Positions 50,700-61,759 of a stretch of DNA of 64,000 bases are shown here, piece after piece. The position numbers were made by a program, and so were the translations under genes. This stretch comes from Oopsacas minuta. Its lineage: Eukaryota; Animalia; Porifera. The DNA is taken from positions 348,682 to 412,681 of the forward strand of contig JAKMXF010000305.1 of assembly GCA_024704765.1 (NCBI GenBank), read 5' to 3'. The notes below the pieces were generated by a model. That model saw nothing but the letters and a program-made list of their open reading frames with translations, did not search any database and had not been told where the DNA came from. The stretch's first letter is position 1. Every line of letters starts with the position of its first letter.

Positions 50700-51298
50700 C
50701 AGCACGCTTCGCTATCAACGTGGCTGCGTGACAGCTTGGTGCCTCCGATATACTTGAGTATAAAATAACTATATTTCTTAGTATTTATGGTCGCTATGTG
50801 ACATAATAATTCTTCACAACATAACTAGAGTAAACAAAGAGCAGAAATTCAATTTAAATTATCCAAATACATTTAATACACTTATGTGGTAAAACTGGAA
50901 CTGTCACAGGGAATTTTGTTAGTAATCTAGGAACATTGTGCCTCGAGTATTATGAAATTCTCAAAATTTGGAATATTTAAATATAATATAAAGTCATAAT
51001 GACATAATAATTCGATGATGAGTTAGTATTTATAAAAATCTTGAGGTCAGGACATTTGACATATTAAGTGGTACCTGTGATTCAAATTTCGAAATGTGGC
51101 TTATATATTGGCTGAGCAGTGACAAATAATATTATTTTTCGGAGATCCAAAGGGTGACAATTAATTAAAAATTCGTCATAGGCGTGGGCTCTGTTAAATC
51201 TGTCCGAGCCAGTGATAAGATACCCCTGTATGCAAAAATTAGCCCTGGTGGTCTTCCGGTTTCTTCAATCTATTCAGAACATACAAAGATATACATAA
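50700..51298 (-). repeat. Helitron-like family, copy 2
   Basis: Shared blocks ATATATTGGCTGAGCAGTG, TTCGTCATAGG, GTCCGAGCCAG and GTTTCTTCAATC.ATTC..ACATACAAA. Confidence 0.65.
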
Positions 51299-52034
51299 TA
51301 AACCCTCCGTTATCCGAATAGCTTTGTTATTATACTTCAAATTGGTGTTCGGATAACTAAAATAGTATAGTTTGATAAATTACATTAGGATTCCATCCTT
51401 GGAAAAATAAGAATATGTATATTTGGGAATATTTGACTCACATTTACACCACGAATTATTCAATTTATATCTCATTTGCTAGAGCATTGTCCAATTTATT
51501 GTTCGGTAAATAAATTGTAGCTAAATACTTAATCTTAAGAACAATATGAATCCAAATAAACCTTAGAAACTATAATTCAATATTTATCTAGCGTTGAGCG
51601 TAAACAAAGTATTCATTTCAAAGAATTCTTAGTTATACAATGTGCAACGCTCAATGGAATGTAAATTTTAGAAAGACATTTATTAATAGTATATCATATT
51701 GGTGCATTGTATTTGTCCCTATTTTGGTAAATAATTTATCCGTCGTATCACAATTTCAAGATGTAAGGACTTGACCTATCGCGTTCTGCAAACTTTTATC
51801 CTAAATTCCATTATGTAGCTAATTAAATTATATATCGAATGAGATAAGCACCAATTAGTCTGAAGTTGTCTGAAAATGTTATATTCAATTACGCAAAATT
51901 GCTTGCTACAATATCCCCTGTTCAATAATTGAGCTTAATGTTAGTAAATATTTCAATGATATATTTTAAATTAGTATTTACAGCTGTATAATATACATTT
52001 TCTTTGTTTATGATAAGTTGCAGCGTTTTAGACT

Positions 52035-52262
52035 TATAGTAGTGACCATGGATGACACATTTTGCCAATATTCCCCAATAACATGCAAACCTCCAATGCT
52101 AGAGCCAAATATTCTTACTAGAATATAGTATGTACCAACATCCCATATCCTGATAATATATTTTGATCTATATAGCAGTAAGATGATTTGGCTCTAACAT
52201 TGTAGGATTTCAAGTTATTGGAGAATATTGGCAACAATGTGTCATCTATAGTCACTACTATA
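52035..52262. mobile_element. Palindromic MITE (~85-bp arms)
   Basis: TATAGTAGTGACCATGGATGACACATTTTGCCAATATTCCCCAATAAC... is mirrored by ...GTTATTGGAGAATATTGGCAACAATGTGTCATCTATAGTCACTACTATA. Confidence 0.85.
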
Positions 52263-52580
52263 TCTCTGGAAGGCGGCAATTTATCATGACAAAATTTTGA
52301 TATTTTGTATTGAAAATCCTCTTTGTGTGAAATTTGTAACAGTAATTATATGGAGTATATACTCACGGAGTTTCTAAACTGGTGGATTATGGTTAAGAAA
52401 TTGGTCTAGTAAGCAAACAGATGACGCTATTTAGTTAGGAAATTTTAGATGGAGATTATATTTATTGTAAAATATCAATAATACATTTAATCAGGCAATG
52501 TGTACCATTTTGATTATGGACTTCCGTTAATTCATGGTACTGAAAATTTGTTGGTGAGCATGCCTTATATAACGTAAGTC

Positions 52581-55500
52581 TGTTTTGGTAGAAATGGACC
52601 CCCTTCCATAATATTAAGCTCATTCCTTTGATACAAGTTTAGTATTGTCATTGGCTAACTTTCTCTTCTTGTTAGTTTCAGTTAGACAATGTTGTTGAAT
52701 TTTTTAATTGTTGGATCATTTATATCAATCACATATTGTCAGTAAATTTGATAAATAGTTAGTAATATTCATTCTTTCAATAGAAGAAGACAAAGAAGAT
52801 AATTAAATAGATAACAAAGAATGGGGTTGGGAAATGTATGAAAACTGTACTGGCATAGCCTTTTGGCTCCAACAGCTATGAAGATAATTGATTATTACGA
52901 ACAAACAGTTCGACTAGACAACACATTGACCACGTAATTAATCCGCCTAATGAAGGAGTATTGGGATTCGAATCAACGCGCTCAATTTTCAGAAGTTCTA
53001 TACCATCGTATGTATACCAGTCATCTTGTAATATAATTCTCAGTTAGAAATGTAAATCTTTACGTACAGTGTACGCGAGTAGAGAGTAATGTAGTATTTC
53101 TTGACCGTGAAGAATATAGATTTTATATTCTATGTCCTTTCAAGAATTAAAGTAGTAAGATGACCAACATGAAAGATGAAAAGAGGATGCACTTGAACAA
53201 ATTTTCTGAGTCAAACATTCTAAATTGGCATTTTAATCTCGACATTTTAAGCATGAAGAACTTGATTTGATTCGGCAATCCCCTTCGTAAGCTAAAACAG
53301 ATGTAAAGTTTAGCTTCTTCTCTGATTGACGACAGCAACTCCAGCACTGCAAGGTGACTTCATAACAATCGGAGGAGAAAGATAGTTTAGTTATTAACAG
53401 AACCATTGCCCCCTCATACCCAAGGAAGCCGAAAGTTTACAAGTTGAACATCTAGTTGAGGAGTAGCCAGGTCCGCAGTTTATTGAATTCACGGGAACCA
53501 ATATATGATAACATAGTTTATATACCCTGGGTTAGAGAAACACATTTGATAGCTGAATAGCGTCAGAGACTTTATGCGGCGAGTGCAAACTTAGAAGAGT
53601 TAGGAAATTGTCAACAGGACAAGTATTGACTAATTCACTTCCTTCGAATTGACCACCCCAAGTGACAGATGAATCTTCCAGGTGAGCTGATGCAGGTGAA
53701 GGTAGAATTGTACAATCACTGTTTGAGGATGCCTGAGCATTTGCCAGTAACTGTTGAACAACATAATTCATGCTCTCTCTTGACCAGCGAGTGTCAAATT
53801 GGAAATATTCATTCGTGTATTGGTATTCAGGTATTTTTACCTCAAAACAATCCAAATACCATTGTACCAACAAGTGAGACATTTCGTAGGCTGTTTCCAA
53901 TTGATTTTCTTGGCCATAAGCTGTTTAAGTGGATGGATACCGGTCAGTCTGCCAATTGAATAATTCTTGAGATTTCATGTCGCGTCGCATGTGGAGTTCT
54001 CGGTGCAGATCAGTAAGAGGAATATTTGTTCTGATAGAGTTAAGAATTTGACTCTTCATTAATGTGAGTTTATCAATTGCATCTTGGTGTGTTTGCGTAG
54101 GAGATGGCATCGTCGCAAATAACGTTACCTCGGAGCCAATGGTAAGTGCATCCTGAGTTTGTAAATCCTCAAACATGGAGCCGTCTATCTCATCCGATAA
54201 TTTCTGAAATTTTGTTGGTATTGCTTCTTGGTTGGTAGAATCTATGGAACCCATCTCTCAAGAGCTTAACTTTGGATCTATTTATGCGTTGGGTAGGTTT
54301 GTTACGATATACCTTGACTGTATTAGGATTTACTTCAGCAATTAGATATGGGTCAAGTCATTTGTCATGGAATTTGCCTCCTTTCTTCTTATGATACACA
54401 TTTTTGATGAGGACTTCGTCTGTTTTCTTAAGGCTATTGAAGGTGATCAGGTTGATTTTCTTGCCATATTGTATCTTCATCAATTCCTGAGTGGATTAGA
54501 GATTCACCAGCTAGAGCATTATCGTTAGCTTGTGCAGTGCATGGACTTAACCAATTCTGTTTCATCTTTACCAGTTTCAGGCCACAGAGATTGTGATCCT
54601 TCAACATCGATATCAGGATAGAGCATTGTAAGATTTTCGGCCGCTGTTGGTAACCGAGGTTTACGTGATCCGTGCATTAATTGAAATGCTGAAATCCTGT
54701 GGTTTCTCGTGGCCTGATGTTAAGTGAAAAATGATATGAAGGATATGGCAAAGCGAGGTCCAAGGTAGCAGTGAGCCCAATTTTGATTTTTCATTCAACG
54801 ATTTCACTAGAGAGGGTTTGAGTGCTTATGGGCAGATTCAACTAACCCATTTGTTTGAGGGTGGTATGGGGCTGAGAAAATGAGCTTACAATCATATGCA
54901 TGATGTAGCGACTTGGAAATTTGGTTAGTAAACTCAGTCCAGTTATCACAAATAATTTGTCTGAGCACTCCTGTCTACAATAAATAGAAAAATCCCCTTT
55001 GCTACCTCTTTCATTTGTTTAGATCTTAGAGGGCGAGTTTCTATCCACTTAGTAAAGTGGTCCAGTAAGGTCCATTCCAACACGAAACCACACCTTAGTA
55101 ATAACTAGGAGTGATTGTAGAGGTACACTGGGAGCTTTTAGTGAAGGTTATTCTTTTGGCAGCGAATACAATTGTCCACATAAGAACGAATCTGCTTTAA
55201 CATTCCGGGCCAAAATACCTATCTTTAGCGATGATATATGAATAATGTGGACATTGATGTCCAACATTATCGTGGATTTCGCTCAGAATACTTGAAATAT
55301 CATTATTATTAATGACAAGAAGTTACCTGCCTTCAGAAAGCTTGACAAGCTTCTCTTTTATCGCAAGATATTTGGAGGCTTTCTTGCGGAAATTTCTTTC
55401 TTATCTTTGGTATGCGAATGAGGATACAAATAGGTTTTCAAATATGACAGTAAGAGTTCGTATTCTATTGAGTCCATTGGGAGACAAGAGAATCTAGTAT

Positions 55501-55746
55501 TACTAAAGGATACGATAGTATATATAGATTATGCCAAGCTTGAATCAAAGACAATTCAAAAACTTCAACAACATATTCTAGCTGGAACTAACAAAACGAG
55601 AGAGTAAGATAATGACAATACTAAATTTGTATCAAAGGAATGAGCTAAATATTATAGGAGGGGATCCATTTCAACAATGCAAAATTTATTCTGACAAAAA
55701 TAGACCCCTGGTCCAAATGTGCAGGGGGTCCATTTCTGCCAAAACA
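52581..55746 (-). mobile_element. Ginger1-type DNA transposon with both ends
   Basis: TGT...ACA termini and TIR TGTTTTGG(T/C)AGAAATGGACCCC with a further ~50 bp of shared sequence (GCTCATTCCTTTGATACAA.TTTAGTATTGTCATT). The 4-bp flanks AGTC/GGTC match at 3 of 4 positions. Confidence 0.88.
52950..55477 (-). pseudogene. Ginger integrase followed by a USP-like cysteine-protease domain (frameshifted)
   Basis: ATG 55477 gives MDSIEYELLLSYL..., then H2C2 (HDNVGH...CIRCQ), rve core (VGMDLTG, ICDNWTEF, APYHPQTNGLVE) and a KKGGKFHDK*LDPY tail. Downstream: WGGQFEGSELVNTCPVDNFL (~53615) and YSLLAYTVRKDLHF*...DDWYTYDG (~53000-53085). Confidence 0.8.
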
Positions 55747-55799
55747 GGTCACGAATAGCGGAAATTTGGATATCTATGGTCATTCCAAATAACATTTAA

Positions 55800-56216
55800 T
55801 GGGCTTAGGTGGTGACACTGAAGCACCTATGTGGCATTAGTTAGTAATCTCGGTACTTGGGGACTTGTATATGCAAAATATCGAAAAATTATCGAAATTT
55901 GAAAAATTTCAATTCTAGTCATAATGACGCCTTGATTCCATGATGATCTAGATGCAGTAGGTCAAATAATTACGTCAGGACAGGGGCACCCATGATTCAA
56001 ATCTCGAAATTCGATCTGATGTACATATATTGGCTGAGCAGTGGCAAATAATGTGATTTTTAAAATTCAAAGGTGACTAAGTCATAATTTCGTCATAGGT
56101 GTGAAAATTCGGCCAAGACTCGAGCTTGTCCGAGCCAGCCCCAAATAACCCCTGTATGCCATAAATCAGTGGGGGCTTCCAGTTTCTTCAATCAATTCTT
56201 GACATACAAACATATA
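55800..56216 (-). repeat. Helitron-like family, copy 3
   Basis: Same blocks as copy 2. It abuts the DD41D element at a TA. Confidence 0.6.
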
Positions 56217-57572
56217 CAGGGTGGGTCGTGGGAAAGCGGTTGAAACAAATTTCGTATAATTTCTAAGCAAAAATGATAAGTCAATTCTGAAAACGTATAT
56301 TTGAGTTTATAAAGTGATATTTTAATTTTCATCTTGTAGAGTATCTATCCATTAATAAAATGCTCGATTCAATTCCCATTTAAATATCTCACTTTTTGCA
56401 ATCTCGTGAGGATATATTCTGAGACTTTCTTCAGTGTTTCTGCCTTGATCCGTCTTATTACCCGGCGAATGTTTCTCTTGAGGTCTTCAGTAGTCTCAGG
56501 TATAGGATTGTAGTAAACCTTGCTCTTCAGGTATCCTCAAAAATAAAAATCACATGGGTTTAGATCTGGGCTGTAAGGTGGCCAAAAGAAGTCGCAGCTT
56601 CGTGAAATTAGCTGTTTGTCAAATTTCTCTCTAATAAAGTCAATAACAACTCTAGCCATTGTAGGGGTGCGCTATCTTGTTGAAATGTTTTACTACCAAG
56701 TTCCTTACGTCTTCTGAGAGTTGGAATGTAGTAGTACTTTAACATATCAAGATATCGGACACCATTCATGGTCACCCTTGACCCTGTATTATTTTCATAA
56801 AAATACGGACCAATAATCCTCTTGGAGCCAACTGCACACCAGACAGTGACCTTTTTTGTGTTAAAGGCTTACTATCAAATGGATCTGGCTTTTCCTCACC
56901 CCAAATCCTCATGTTCTGTTTATTAACATGTCTAGAAAAGTGAAAATGGGCCTCGTCACTCCAGTCAATATTACCAATTTCAATTTCCTTCTTCTCAACC
57001 TTCCCTGCGACAAGCTTTGCAAAAGTCAATCTATTCTCTTTTTGGACAGTAGATTGCTTCTGTAGGATCTGTATCTTATATGAGAAGAGATTGAGATCAT
57101 CTACAAGCATCCTCCTGACTGCTGTCCTGGACAATTGAAGTTCTCTTGAAAGCCTCCTTGATGAACGATGTGGTGAATCCGCAAGTTTCCGCTTCACTTT
57201 TTCGATGTTAATGAGGGTTCTCATTGTCTGGCATGGCCCTGGTCTAGCTGTATCAACTACATTACCATTCTCCTCAAACCTCCTGACAATATCTTTGATA
57301 GTATCTGGTTTAGGAGCAGTTCTAGAGTTATAGAATCTTCTAAATCTTCTCTGCATTGTAACTATGGAAACATGATTTTTGTAGTACCATTTGAAGACAT
57401 TAGTCCTTTCTTCCAGTTCCAGTTTTGTCATAACTCCCTATTGATCTAATTGTTAATTAACACAAAATAGCATTCTTCTTGCTACAAAATGAAACATTGA
57501 CAATCGGAAATGGACATAAGTGTGCCGAGTTATGATCATTCTATTTCAACCGATTTCCCGTTGCCCACTCTG
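56217..57572 (-). mobile_element. rosa/VS-type (DD41D) Tc1/mariner element, decayed
   Basis: Imperfect TIRs CAGGGTGGGTCGTGGGAAAGCGGTTGAAA with TA flanks. ORF from 57431 has WSDEAHFHFSRHVNKQNMRIW; after frameshifts come FQQDSAP...ISRS..FFWPPYSPDLNPCDF. Spacing is D-41-D if one deleted base is restored. Confidence 0.85.
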
Positions 57573-59022
57573 TATACATATAGATAACCTTTTAAGTTTT
57601 AATAGTATAGATGTAAGAATGAGATATCGACCTATCATGTGACCAATTCATTGACCAATCAACAATTTTGAAAATCGAAGATAACAAGTTTCTCATTCTT
57701 ACATTATAAATAAAATGAATACAGTATCATTAAAATAAAGGTTAATTCATACTGATTTGTTCAGAACCAAAAATGATCGAATAATTGAATGCTTGATTCT
57801 GATAATTAAATGTCAGAATCGGAAAATTCATTAAATCCTCGTGTTAGGATAATTGATCAGCTGAGTATGAAAATTGACTGTCCAACTAATTTTGATAAAT
57901 AAATAAAAACATGAACATGAGATGTTGCCAGAGAGGCTACAGTATATTCTGATTTCGAAAATAACATCAGCGTTTTTCTATTATGCCTGAGTTTGGGGAA
58001 ATTATCCCAGTTTTATCATAGACCAAGATGAAATTGATATATATTCTGCATATATGCATACAATAATAATCTTTCGTCAAGTACGCATCTTCGGTTTTCA
58101 AGTATATAATTGCAATAAATTTAGATTATTTGGGTATGTTTAAGTGATATGATTCAGTTGATATGTGTATTGATCGTTTTCAATTAAATTTGTAGTTTCG
58201 TAGGTCATATATACACAGATATTCTGATGACGCAAAAACATATTTTACCATATATCAGAATTCCTCCACAAATCAAGTATTTTTCTTCCGTACGTATGCA
58301 TACCAACACGCATGCTCAACAAAGAATTTACATTGAAGCATAGATACAAATATATATACAGATTATCTACTTAGCGATCGGGTGCGATAAGAATTTCTGC
58401 CGAGACGGATCGAGCCGGGATAGCCAATATTTCCCGAAATTCCTGGCTACGAGTAGAAAAATGAAAAAAATAAATGTAAACTATTGATTCAACAGCTTGT
58501 GGACTATTATTAGAGGAAATAGACCGCAATTCTGAGATTAAAATAGGTATGTATCTAAAGGAAAGACCGCCATTTAAACTACTAGTGCAAAGTATGGTAG
58601 ATAGTAAATTTTTTCAAAAAGTAGAGTTGGAACATAGTAATTCATTAGGAGTTTCATCATGAAATGGTGTTAGAATTTCCCAGTTAGGTCCCGGGAAATT
58701 GAAACGAGCGGGCAATAAACCGAGATCCCTGCAAAAAAAAACATCCAAATCCAGGTAAACCGGAACTTAACCAGGATTCCCGGTCGATCATTTACAGTGC
58801 ACTATAAACACAATAAAACCAAAAAAGTTTTGAGGGAGAACTGACTTGGGCAGATTGCATACTTGACAAACTAAATTACATGTAATGCTCTAGTTGGAAG
58901 CGTCAATTATTGCCAATACGATTACAAAATTTTACCATGGGATCTCAAGAACAATCCAAGGGATAATTCCCAACTATGGGGCGATTTCTCGAAAGAGGGA
59001 GGCGAAATAGTGGATACCATGG

Positions 59023-59930
59023 ATACTTAACTGTTTTCAGTTTCAGTAGGATTCAAATATGATCCTATTAGCTTCATCCCTGTACTCATATGTAAAAGTA
59101 GATTGCACGTAAAATTCGTCCATCTGAATACCCATATTATGCTCATAACTGTTAAACTGGATGGCTGATGCTTAAGATAGTTTGTAAACTCAGAATCCAA
59201 GCCAAAATTTCAATACAAGCGCTTAGAAGTAGAAGGGTAAGGATACCAATCTAAGTATTAGAAATTTCTATCAACCTGAAGATATAAGCTGACATTTAAG
59301 CAATATTAGTATGGTTACAGGGTTATATCGCTTCATTTTTCGTTTTCAAAACGTTCTCAAATTGACATCGAATGTAATGGAGACAAGACAATACTTGCAC
59401 TTAGTCCACACAGCAGGATGGTCTAAAGGTCTTACATAGTCAAGTCAGTTCATGTCATCGTGAATAATATTCCATGCAGGTAAGGTCACAGGTCTCAAGA
59501 TTAATCATGTCATTTGCAGTTCATTTTCAGATCTTTTCAAGTCATTCTCAGGTCAATTTGAGGTCGTTTAATAATAAATTTGAGTGAAATTAATCAACTT
59601 AGGAATGGGGATTCCATACGCTAAAGGGGGTTTCCCACTTGAGCGAAACCATATCACAATGTGTAAAGTTATCAAATGAAACTCGAATAAAAGGGTGCTT
59701 TTTGGTGTTAAAATAATACACATTTGGTATCATAGATCAATTTCGTATATATGGGAACCTTTTCCATGTCAAAGAAATTATATCATTAAATGGCATCCCA
59801 TTACGAAACAACAAAAAGTGTCCTGCGTTAAGTTTTGAAGGTCATTCTTATAGATTTGGCAAATTAGTGTAGGGCAATACTGAGAAACGATGGCATTGTC
59901 GCACTCGAGATTGCAATGGCTGTATCTATG
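59023..59930. repeat. 908-bp near-identical inverted duplication, copy B
   Basis: Reverse complement of 20842-21749. Looser homology continues to 59008 and, after a gap, to ~60185 (the MULE tail ...DEYLRGIAHNI). Confidence 0.95.
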
Positions 59931-60469
59931 ATATAAATGATCAGGGAACAGTAATATCCCAATTAGAACTCCTCAATGTGAAAATTGTATCCAAGATTAT
60001 TACAAGAAGATGGAATACAGGCAAATCAAAGAAATATTAGAAACCTTACTTTCTTTTAACTTGGGACAGAAGAGTGCTGATGAATATTTAAGGGGAATTG
60101 CTCATAATATTGCACAAATGACAAATAATTCCATATGATTAATACTCTTATATTTTCATTTTTGTACTTGTTTTGAATCAATAATATTAGATTAATATCC
60201 ATCTATATAATTTACAAGTGCGTATCTGTGTATATAATGTAGGCATGATGAATTTGTTTGCTAGATATAGGATTATAGTTTAGCGGGTGTGTATAGGAAC
60301 TCAGTAACTTTCATCTTGGATCTCTAAAATATATAATATAATGTATCTCTCGCATTGAACGTTGGCACCCCCCTTTCAGTGGCACCGGGGCGGACCGCCC
60401 CCCTTGGTACGCTACTGGTCTGGTGCCATTATTCTGACCTACAGAAGTGTCAGTCAGAACCGGTAACTC

Positions 60470-60900
60470 AGCGAAAGGGAATTAAATGTAAACAAGCAAA
60501 TCTCCATCAAGTATGCTTAAAGCAAGTTGCAATCGTTTTCCGGATGCAAATATTGGTGACAACTTCATTTGATCTATACCCAAGCCGGATTTATTAGCTT
60601 TCGGAAATAGGAACATGTTAGGAGTTGTTTAGGCAAAAGAAGATGAGCTCCACCCAATTGAGACGCAGCATGGAATATTAGATACGAAATATTCTAGAAA
60701 CCAGTTCGATATCTGCCCGTTCAAGCTCATAGAGAAAGAAGTAGTTTCTCAAAATAGCATTTCTCAAAGAACTGCTATGCGAAATGCTTCTCAAGGTGTC
60801 GCTTACCTATGCAGGTGCAAAGATTGCGCAACAACTTGTTGTCCATGTCGAAAAGCATCTAAAGTTTGTCACTCAAGATGTCACAACGGAAAGAGTATGT
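60470..60900 (+). pseudogene. Ginger2/TDD-type (KRABA2-like) integrase C-terminal relic
   Basis: One frame reads FPDANIGDN..IPKPD...RNMLGVV...IETQHGILDTKYSRNQFDIC...CRCKDCATTCCPCRKASKVCHSRCHNG, the Cys-rich tail typical of this group. Two stops. Confidence 0.75.
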
Positions 60901-61084
60901 TTCGACAATACAAAAAGACAAAGCACTTCCAGTATTTCTAGAATGTTTTATCTTAATGTATAAATACACATACTAACAAACCAATTGAGTAAATCTAAAA
61001 ATAATTTGCACTAGGACCAATCCAAATTGGTCCATTCGTGGATAGCCGATTGTGTTGGTTCATTCGCAGTTGGACTGCAACACA

Positions 61085-61670
61085 TGTTTATATATGTTAG
61101 TATGTACAAAATTGATTGAAGAAACTGGAGGACCTTCGGGCTGAGTTGTGGAATAGAGAGGAATAAATTCGGCCTGGCTCAGACATTTCGAGTCAAGGAC
61201 GAAAGTCACACTCATGACGAAATGATGACTTCATTGTCACCTTCAACTACTTTTCATTCAAGATGATAAAAGTTTGAAATTCGAATCACAGTTACATCTC
61301 TATATGCCAAAATGCAACCACATGATAGGAATATTACGCCATCCTGGCTTCACAAAAATATCAAAATGTCCCGAATTGCGATATTTTGAGATTTTCTCAA
61401 TATTCGAGCCAAGAAGTCCTCAGATTACTAACAAAAGCCAGGTAGCAACTCCAGTATTACCACAGAAGGCTAGTAAGGTGAATTTGGACGAACCATAGAT
61501 AATAACAAAAATACAATTTCGTAATTAATTAATCTCGAGCTCGAGGGACGCAGTGCAGAGTATATCCGGCCGCTAGCGACCAAAAGCCTCAATAAGTTAG
61601 CTGTGTAATACTTAAGCTAACCTGAGGCACTAAAATGTCGCGCTGTGACCTAGCAAGCGAAGCGCGGTAT
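61085..61670 (+). repeat. Helitron-like family, copy 4
   Basis: Starts TATATGTTAGTATGTACAAAATTGATTGAAGAAACT and ends CTAGCAAGCGAAGCGCGG. Confidence 0.6.
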
Positions 61671-61759
61671 TCACATATTAAACTTAATAGATACAATAAT
61701 AAAGATTTACCACAATGTCTAAATCCCATTTGAACTAACTTATTAGTGATAATATAATC

